Positions 1 through 8,714 of a stretch of DNA of 10,750 nucleotides are shown piece by piece. The position numbers and the translations under genes were made by a program. How positions within the stretch are numbered: position 1 is the stretch's first letter; each line of letters begins with the position of its first letter. This DNA is from an uncultured bacterium. Its GTDB lineage: Bacteria; SAR324; NAC60-12. A model generated the notes under the pieces. It had not been told where the DNA came from. It saw nothing but the letters and a program-made list of their open reading frames with translations, and did no database searches. The stretch lies in the NCBI GenBank assembly GCA_965662845.1, contig CBFIJD010000035.1:3946-14695 (forward strand), given 5' to 3'.

Positions 1-1109
1 GCGGCTTCGTCTTTCAACGCTTTGCGGAAGGCTTCGAGGTCGGTGATGTCTGCCTCGTCGTGATGCGTCACCGCAGGCACATTCAGCCACACGCGGTGCA
101 GGTTCTTACCCGTGAGCTTCTTGATCCGCGACAGCGCTTGCGTCTCAATCGGCCCAAACTTGCTGAAGTCCACCTCGGGCATCTGTGGAATGCCGCTTCC
201 TGACGCCGTCGCAGGGGCTGCGGAAGCCACGCCCGCCTCAGCGGTTTGCACGGCTTGTTTGACATATCCCTGGACGTCGTCGCGGGTGATGCGCCCTTTG
301 CGACCCGAGCCGCTGACCTTGCTCAGGTCTACGCCAAGCTCGCGGGCGAACTTGCGAATCGACGGGCTCGCGTGCGCTTTGCGGAACTCCGCTTCGTTGA
401 CGGGCGCCGCCGGAGTAGGCGCCGCCACAGCAAGAGCCGCGGCGGGCGCGGGCGCGGCGGGCCGCTCTGCCACTGGAGCCGGAGGTGGCGCGGCTGTTGG
501 CGCGGGAGCCGGAGCGCTGCCTGCGGTCAACACTTTGGCTACGGCGCTGCCTTCAGAGACGCGGTCGCCGACCTTCACCAGCACTTCCTGGATGGTTCCG
601 CCAAACGAGGCGGGGACCTCCATCGTCGCCTTGTCGCTCTCCAGCGTGATCAACGAGCTTTCGGCTTCGATCACGTCCCCCGCCTTGATGAAAATCTCAA
701 TGATCTCCACATCTTTGAAGTCACCAATGTCCGGAACCAACAAGTCCTGAACGCTGGGGACTGCCGCTGGCGCTGCTGTGACGGGCGCTGCTGCCGTCGG
801 TGGGGAGGGGACCGGAGAGGGCGCTGACGTCCGCGCAGCGGGGGCTTCCGCGACAGGCGCAGCGCTTTCGCTCACTTCGAGTGTGAGGATGGCGCTGCCT
901 TCAGAGACGCGGTCGCCGACGTTGACGAGCAGCTCGCTGACGGTGCCTGCTTGTGGCGATGGCACATCCATGGTGGCTTTGTCGCTCTCTAGTGTGAGGA
1001 GGGAGTCTTCTGGGGCGATCGCGTCGCCGACTTTCACCAACACTTCGATAATTTCTACGTCTTTGAAGTCGCCGATATCCGGCACGGTAATTTGCTGAAT
1101 CGTTGCCAT
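1..1109 (-). CDS. aceF: Pyruvate dehydrogenase E2, dihydrolipoyllysine-residue acetyltransferase (3' end outside window)
   Basis: Not in the ORF track because it has no stop in the window; translated by hand from ATG at 1109: MATIQQITVPDIGDFKDVEIIEVLVKVGD...LESDKATMDVP. A second lipoyl domain follows (LVPDIGDFKDVEIIE...LESDKATMEVP); lipoyl-Lys codons are at 978-980 and 630-632. Then Ala/Pro linkers, a subunit-binding domain (HASPSIRKFARELGVDLSKVSGSGRKGRITRDDV) and the start of the catalytic domain (VDFSKFGPIE...VPAVTHHDEADITDLEAFRK). AGGAGG RBS at 1116-1121 abuts the aceE stop. Confidence 0.97.
   Translation of the reverse strand, partial: MATIQQITVPDIGDFKDVEIIEVLVKVGDAIAPEDSLLTLESDKATMDVPSPQAGTVSELLVNVGDRVSEGSAILTLEVSESAAPVAEAPAARTSAPSPVPSPPTAAAPVTAAPAAVPSVQDLLVPDIGDFKDVEIIEIFIKAGDVIEAESSLITLESDKATMEVPASFGGTIQEVLVKVGDRVSEGSAVAKVLTAGSAPAPAPTAAPPPAPVAERPAAPAPAAALAVAAPTPAAPVNEAEFRKAHASPSIRKFARELGVDLSKVSGSGRKGRITRDDVQGYVKQAVQTAEAGVASAAPATASGSGIPQMPEVDFSKFGPIETQALSRIKKLTGKNLHRVWLNVPAVTHHDEADITDLEAFRKALKDEA
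543..920. repeat. 30-bp exact direct repeat between the two lipoyl-domain coding segments (543-572 and 891-920)
   Basis: GGCGCTGCCTTCAGAGACGCGGTCGCCGAC occurs twice, 348 bp apart, the same offset as the two lipoyl-Lys codons. Confidence 0.9.
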
Positions 1110-1121
1110 GCGAGACCTCCT

Positions 1122-3779
<2,658 letters not shown>

Positions 3780-3854
3780 GCTCACTCCTTAGTAAATGAA
3801 TGAATAAAGCCAGCCAACCATGGGACCCTCCCCAGAACCCCGATTGGTCGAACG

Positions 3855-3883
3855 AGACTAGCGATAGGGTTTCAGAGAATCAA
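3855..3883 (-). promoter_or_regulatory. Candidate sigma70 promoter for aceEF
   Basis: Minus strand reads TTGATT (3883-3878), 17 nt, TAGTCT (3860-3855), about 75 nt upstream of the aceE start. Sequence match only. Confidence 0.5.
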
Positions 3884-4017
3884 GCAAACACTAGAACAGG
3901 ATCGCGACGCGAGTTGACCTGCCAAATTTGGGTTTGGTGGAGAGAAGTAGACCTCCCCAAGCCGCCAGGGTTGTGACGTTCGAGACCGCCTGCCCTTTGT
4001 CGTGCGGTCACAGGCGT

Positions 4018-4035
4018 AGAGCGTGGCGACGCTCT
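4018..4035. other. Perfect 7-bp stem-loop in the aceE/kinase intergenic region
   Basis: AGAGCGT-GGCG-ACGCTCT followed by TGTGTT. Weakly terminator-like; function unknown. Confidence 0.4.
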
Positions 4036-4080
4036 TGTGTTACCAGTTTGTATGGACGGCTTCTTGGCTGCCGAAAAATC

Positions 4081-4108
4081 TTTACAAGTCGCGCCACCCG
4101 ACTATGGT
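4081..4108 (+). promoter_or_regulatory. Candidate sigma70 promoter for the sensor kinase
   Basis: TTTACA (4081-4086), 16 nt, TATGGT (4103-4108), preceded by an A-tract. Consistent with a kinase start at 4155. Confidence 0.45.
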
Positions 4109-4154
4109 TATGCGTTTTTTTCCCCCAATCTTTGTGAGTGCAACGCAACCAGCC

Positions 4155-6794
4155 ATGATTCACTTCTCTTCGCTACCTTCGGCGGTTCAGTCGGTCTTCC
4201 GCGCTTTCCCCGGCCCGTTATTGGTGATCGAGTTAGAGCAGCAGCTCACGGTTTGGCTGAACCAAGCCGCTGAGAAGCTCTTACGAACTGATGTAGAAGA
4301 GTTTGCGCAAACGCCGGTGCAGAATTGGATCTTGTCGGATACGGATGCGCTGATTGTGCAGCTGGAAGAGTCGGCCAACGAGCATACGATGAAGCCGGCG
4401 TTGCTGCTGGACACAGAGGGAGAGATTCATCACTCGCTCATGCACGTCTCTCTCTGGGAGGGCGAACTCGACGATGGCGTCGCCAAATTTTTGTTGCTCA
4501 ACTTCACAGACATTTCGGCGCAACAAGCGCGGCTCGACTCGCTCAACCAGACGATTGAAACTTATCAAGCGGCGCTGGGCGGCAGCAAAAACGGTCTGCT
4601 CGACTGGCACCTCGCCTCAGATAAGTTCGTCATTCCAGACGTGCTACTCAAGAAGCTTGGCTACGATCCCGAAGAGACACCGCTGCCTCCCAACGGGGAG
4701 ACGTTTCGCAAACTGCTAGACGCCGAAGACCGTGAACGCGTGTGGCAGACCATTGAGACTTGTCTGGCGAACCGGCATCGACGATTTGAGGTGGAGTTTC
4801 GCTTTCGAAGACGCTCGGGGGGCTTCCTGTGGATGCTGATGCGTACGGTGCTGCTCATCTCTCCTGCTGGACATCCCTATCGCATGGTCGGGGCGTATAC
4901 AGACATCACGGAGCTTAAGCTCACGCACGAACAAATTCGTCACCAAGAAGAAGTCTATCAACTCGCGCTCGCCGCCACGGGCAGCGGCGTCTGGGATTGG
5001 AAGCTGCTCAAGGAAGACTTCTTCACCCAAACGCACATGCCCGATCTAGGAGAGCAGAGCCCCCACACGGCAGGGAAAATCCGCAGTTTTATGCGGCAGC
5101 TGCACCCCGAAGATCGCCAAGGATTTTGGGAGCAAGTCCGCACCCACATCTTGCGCAAAGAGGACAGCTTTCCGCTAGAGTTCCGCATGTGCGGTCAAGA
5201 CGAACAAGTCCGCTCCATGTTTGGCAACGCCGTCTTGACCTACACCGCAGATGGTCAACTTCTGCGGTTGCTGGGGTCTTACAACGACGTCACACGTCTC
5301 AAAGACGCCGAAGAATCCTATCGCCTCGCTTTAGAAGCTTCACAAGACGGCATTTGGGATTGGCATCTGCGCACCAACCGCATCTTCTTCTCCGAACGCT
5401 TCTTTCAGATGATGGGCTATGTGCGAGGAGAACTGCCAGAGAGCATAGAATCGCTGCGTACTCTACTCACTGAGGAAGACGCGCGACGTTTCTGGTCTCA
5501 AGTGGGTGAGTATCTCTGCCAAGAGGCCTCGGAGTTCCGAGCGGAGTTTCGCATGCGGCGCCCAGATCAGTCCTCCTGTTGGGTGCTCGCGCGCGGCATC
5601 GCGGTTTATGACGAACTCTCACTGCCGCAGCGTCTGGTGATGTCTTTTGCGGATGTCACGGAGCGCAAAGAGGCCTACGAACAGCTGCGAGACAGCGAAC
5701 AGCGCTTCTTGGCCGCGTTTGATCAGGCGTACTACGGCATGCTGTTGCTGGACTGGGAACTCAACGTCGTCTTTGCGAATGAGGCGGTGCTCAATTTGTT
5801 GGGCTATGACTTTATCGACGATGGCCCATCGCCTCTGCTGAACAAAACGCTTGAGCAGCTCATTGAAGCGCAAGACTACCCGAGCTTCTTGCAATACTAT
5901 CGACAGTTTCAACAGCGCCCAGACTCGCGCTGGCAACGAGAGCTGCGACTATATCGTCGAGACCGCTCGACAGTGTGGGCGCGGGTGAGTGTTTCCAGCG
6001 CCAAGAGCGAAGATCAGCCGATGTTTTTCGTGATGCACATCGAAGATTTGACCGAACAAGAACGCCTCTGCGCCTCGGCCTCTGACGCTCTTCCCCTGGA
6101 GGCGCTTGGAGAAACCGCCGCCATTTTGGCTCACGAGCTGACTCGTCCGCTGAGCTCTATTCGCATCAAAAGCGAACTCGCTGCCAATGCTCTCGCGCAG
6201 AGTGATGTCGCGAAAACCGAGCGCAAGCTCGATGAGATCACGGCCCGCGCGGAGCAGATGCACACAATGGTGCAGCACATGCGCGACTTCTCCCGACGAC
6301 ACATCAACAGCGCCCGTGAGGCGCACCATGTGGAACAACTGTTGCGCGAAGCGCTCAAAGATTTACAGCCGGACATCACCGCGCTGAACATTGAGCTGCG
6401 CCCTAAGCTCACCCAAGCGCTGCCGCCGGTCTTCTGCAACGCTTCGCAGATTCGCCGCGTCTTTCGGCACATCCTGCGCAATGCGGTGGAAGCCCTCGCG
6501 ACGGTCACGGAGCGTATCTTGAAACTCGACACGCACGCTAGTCAGGACTGGGTCAACGTGGTGATTGAGGACACTGGCGGCGGGATTGAACCAGAGGTCA
6601 AGGAGCAGATGTTTGATGCTTTTTTTACCACAAAATCTGCAGGGGCTGGCTATGGAATGGGACTTGCGGTCACCCGCCGCATCTTGGATGAGCACGGCTG
6701 TAGCCTCGACGTTCGCACCAAAGTCGGAGAAGGCACTCGCTTCCACATCGCCTTCCCTGCTAGCTTTCAGCGGGGTGACACCGAAACCCGTTGA
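4155..6794 (+). CDS. Cytoplasmic multi-PAS (five PAS/PAC) sensor histidine kinase, NtrB/FixL-like transmitter
   Basis: Repeated PAS/PAC signatures (GLLDW...DITE, GVWDW...HPEDR...DVTR, GIWDW...DVTE, GMLLLD...FANEA...DLTE) plus a divergent N-terminal PAS ending DISA. H-box LAHELTRPL (His codon 6132-6134), N-box ILRNAVEA, G1 DTGGGI, F-box FDAFFTTK, G2 GYGMGL. No evident transmembrane segment. The frame is open from 4023; ATG 4155 is preferred but the start is uncertain. Confidence 0.93.
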   Translation: MIHFSSLPSAVQSVFRAFPGPLLVIELEQQLTVWLNQAAEKLLRTDVEEFAQTPVQNWILSDTDALIVQLEESANEHTMKPALLLDTEGEIHHSLMHVSLWEGELDDGVAKFLLLNFTDISAQQARLDSLNQTIETYQAALGGSKNGLLDWHLASDKFVIPDVLLKKLGYDPEETPLPPNGETFRKLLDAEDRERVWQTIETCLANRHRRFEVEFRFRRRSGGFLWMLMRTVLLISPAGHPYRMVGAYTDITELKLTHEQIRHQEEVYQLALAATGSGVWDWKLLKEDFFTQTHMPDLGEQSPHTAGKIRSFMRQLHPEDRQGFWEQVRTHILRKEDSFPLEFRMCGQDEQVRSMFGNAVLTYTADGQLLRLLGSYNDVTRLKDAEESYRLALEASQDGIWDWHLRTNRIFFSERFFQMMGYVRGELPESIESLRTLLTEEDARRFWSQVGEYLCQEASEFRAEFRMRRPDQSSCWVLARGIAVYDELSLPQRLVMSFADVTERKEAYEQLRDSEQRFLAAFDQAYYGMLLLDWELNVVFANEAVLNLLGYDFIDDGPSPLLNKTLEQLIEAQDYPSFLQYYRQFQQRPDSRWQRELRLYRRDRSTVWARVSVSSAKSEDQPMFFVMHIEDLTEQERLCASASDALPLEALGETAAILAHELTRPLSSIRIKSELAANALAQSDVAKTERKLDEITARAEQMHTMVQHMRDFSRRHINSAREAHHVEQLLREALKDLQPDITALNIELRPKLTQALPPVFCNASQIRRVFRHILRNAVEALATVTERILKLDTHASQDWVNVVIEDTGGGIEPEVKEQMFDAFFTTKSAGAGYGMGLAVTRRILDEHGCSLDVRTKVGEGTRFHIAFPASFQRGDTETR

Positions 6795-6877
6795 TCTTTT
6801 CAGAAGCGTTGCAAGTGCCGAGGAACTGTGCAATGGTTGCGCTCCCTTCCGATTTTTCTTTCTTTTTGTGAGACACA

Positions 6878-7291
6878 ATGGAGATAGATAAGCTAATCGA
6901 ACTCGCGCAAGGTCTTGAAGTGCTGATCGTTGAAGATGAGGCTCCGCTTCGAGAATCGTTCCAGTATTTGCTACTGAACCTCTTCAATTCTGTAGACACG
7001 GCAGAAGATGGTCAGGACGCGCTCGAAAAGATTGAGCAAAAGAAATACGACATCATTCTCACAGATTTGAGTATGCCGCGCATGAGCGGGCTCCGCTTGG
7101 TTGACCGCATCCGCGAGCAATCGCAAAATCAGCATGTCATCGCCATCAGCGCGCACGACGACCCCGAATTTGTCGAAGCTCTCGCCCCGTTCAACGTGCA
7201 ACTCCTCTCGAAACCACTCGAGATCGACAGACTCTTCCGCGCCTTGGAACCCATCTGCACACAAATTCGCGCAGAGCGTGGTTTGACATAA
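6878..7291 (+). CDS. Single-domain response regulator (receiver only), RR1
   Basis: LIVEDE acidic pocket, ILTDLSMPRMSG with phospho-acceptor Asp, ISAH (conserved Ser), SKP (conserved Lys). 137 aa with no output domain. Confidence 0.93.
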   Translation: MEIDKLIELAQGLEVLIVEDEAPLRESFQYLLLNLFNSVDTAEDGQDALEKIEQKKYDIILTDLSMPRMSGLRLVDRIREQSQNQHVIAISAHDDPEFVEALAPFNVQLLSKPLEIDRLFRALEPICTQIRAERGLT

Positions 7292-7539
7292 ACGCTGATG
7301 CCACCCTACTTTCCCCACGACAGCGACATTGACCTAACAGAGATGGCGCGGTTGGCTGAAGGCCACCGCTTCCTCTTGGTCGAAGACGAGCCGCTGCTGC
7401 AAAATCTGTTTGCCCAGTCGCTGTCCACTTTTTTTGAAGTCACACAAGCCGCCGACGGCCAAGCTGCTTGGGAACTTTACGAAGCTGAAAACTTCTCATT
7501 TGTCCTCACCGACCTGCACATGCCGCGCATGAGCGGGCT
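7073..7539 (+). repeat. 20-bp exact repeat shared by RR1 and RR2 (7073-7092 and 7520-7539)
   Basis: ATGCCGCGCATGAGCGGGCT, encoding MPRMSG(L), in both receiver genes. Confidence 0.85.
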
Positions 7540-7729
7540 GACCCTAGCCCACAAAATCCGCGCCCAGAGCCCAGAGCAAGTCATCCTCGCGATGAGTATT
7601 ATCACAGATGAAGACATCCTCGCTCACTTGCATCGTGATCGCGTCTTGTTCTTGCCGAAGCCACTCAACCTCGCCCAGTTGCTCCGCCTTCTCTTTCCCA
7701 TCTGCCAGCGCCTCAACCGCGAAAAGTAA
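7298..7729 (+). CDS. Single-domain response regulator (receiver only), RR2, paralog of RR1
   Basis: LLVEDE, VLTDLHMPRMSG, AMS, PKP. 143 aa, begins 6 bp after the RR1 stop. The N-terminal extension aligns with RR1, favouring the 7298 start. Confidence 0.92.
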   Translation: MPPYFPHDSDIDLTEMARLAEGHRFLLVEDEPLLQNLFAQSLSTFFEVTQAADGQAAWELYEAENFSFVLTDLHMPRMSGLTLAHKIRAQSPEQVILAMSIITDEDILAHLHRDRVLFLPKPLNLAQLLRLLFPICQRLNREK

Positions 7730-7741
7730 GCTTCTCTAAAC

Positions 7742-8581
7742 TTAGGCTGCCAACAGCCGACGGACTTGCAGCAGCACATTGCTCCCCGTAACGCATTCGC
7801 GCAGGGCGATCTGCTTCTGCCGACAAAACGCCTGAATCTCACGCTCGTGGCGCTGAAAGTTCTCCACGTAGAGGCGCCAGTCCACCTCCTGCATTTGGCG
7901 CTGTGTGCGCGGCCCTTCCAATTGCAGTAGGTGTTCTGGGGTCCCTGTCGCGTCGACTTCTACGGGGTCGAGCACCCGCAGCGCCACGGCTTCGCGCCCT
8001 GCCATGCGGACGCCCTCGAGCCACGGTTGCCACTCTGCGCTTGGAACCAACAAATCCGAGATGAGATAGACGTGATCAAACGCAAGCGGCTGCAGCAGCG
8101 GCAAACGCGCCTCTTCGGGTTGCAAGGAGGCGTTTTCTAGACGCTGTAAGGCATGAAAAAACGCCCGACGCGACGAGCGTGGCCGCCCGACGTTTCCGCC
8201 ATCGAGCACCTGAAACTGAAAGCGGTCGCCCTGGCGCTGCAAAGTGAACAGCAGCCCAAAGGCCAACAGCTGTGCTGCGCGAAGTTTGCTCATCTCGGCG
8301 CGTTCGGAGTGAACCTGCATCGACGCCGACGCATCCAAGAGGACGAGCGCTGTCGCGGGGCTGTGTGTGTCTCGTTGCTTGACGTAATGTCGTTCGGTCC
8401 GCGCCAGCAGTTTCCAGTCAATCTCACGCGGGTCATCTCCTGGGCGATATTCGCGATACCCCGCGAACTCAAGGCTGCGTCCGCGTTGTCGGTGCTCGTG
8501 TTTCCCCATCATCGGCGAAACGCGGCTCGGCTTGAGCAGCAGCTCGAGCTGTTTGAGCTGAGCGAGTAGATGTGCGTCCAT
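7742..8581 (-). CDS. DUF58 domain (vWA-like) protein
   Basis: GRSLEFAGYREYRPGDDPREIDWKLLART is the DUF58 signature. MIDAS-like LLDASASM, LISD and VLDPVE follow. Start moved to ATG 8581 because GGAGG lies at 8586-8590. Confidence 0.9.
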   Translation of the reverse strand: MDAHLLAQLKQLELLLKPSRVSPMMGKHEHRQRGRSLEFAGYREYRPGDDPREIDWKLLARTERHYVKQRDTHSPATALVLLDASASMQVHSERAEMSKLRAAQLLAFGLLFTLQRQGDRFQFQVLDGGNVGRPRSSRRAFFHALQRLENASLQPEEARLPLLQPLAFDHVYLISDLLVPSAEWQPWLEGVRMAGREAVALRVLDPVEVDATGTPEHLLQLEGPRTQRQMQEVDWRLYVENFQRHEREIQAFCRQKQIALRECVTGSNVLLQVRRLLAA

Positions 8582-8649
8582 GAATCCTCCGGTTGAGCAA
8601 AAGCCTGATACTCTACGCCAGATGTGACGCAAACGCGACAACGCATCGC

Positions 8650-8679
8650 TTGATCTTCTTCGCGAAGCTTTGCTAGATT
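8650..8679 (+). promoter_or_regulatory. Candidate sigma70 promoter (extended -10) for the GNAT-SDR-aminotransferase genes
   Basis: TTGATC (8650-8655), 18 nt, TAGATT (8674-8679), with TG at 8671-8672 giving TGnTAGATT. Confidence 0.5.
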
Positions 8680-8714
8680 TTCGCGTTTTGCGCTCATTTT
8701 TCTTGGTTGCTCCT

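Noticed and set aside
380..875. Low-complexity GC-rich stretches as tandem repeats or a CRISPR array
   Set aside because: They encode the Ala/Pro linkers of AceF and show no regular repeat-spacer periodicity.
112..1098. Plus-strand ORFs of 212, 193 and 106 aa
   Set aside because: They are antisense shadows of aceF; their internal repeats simply mirror the lipoyl duplication.
3973..3990. GTTCGAGAC resembling a tRNA T-loop
   Set aside because: The flanks do not form a T-stem, and there is no cloverleaf or acceptor stem.
3938..4020. Partial resemblance to glycine (GGAGAG...CAGG) or c-di-GMP-I riboswitches
   Set aside because: Core conserved segments (CCGAAG and CTCTCAGG; GCAAA, GAAA and CGCAAAG) are missing.
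4023..4154. 44-codon N-terminal extension of the kinase from GTG 4023
   Set aside because: It has no RBS, starts inside a hairpin, spans the candidate promoter and does not look domain-like. Not formally excluded.
4155..6050. LOV or FixL-type heme PAS assignment for the kinase
   Set aside because: There is no GxNCRFLQ motif, and the kinase-proximal PAS lacks a His in the helix where FixL binds heme. The ligand is left unassigned.
6878..7729. Calling the receivers cheY
   Set aside because: No chemotaxis genes are nearby, the adjacent kinase is HisKA-type rather than CheA, and the proteins carry non-CheY extensions.
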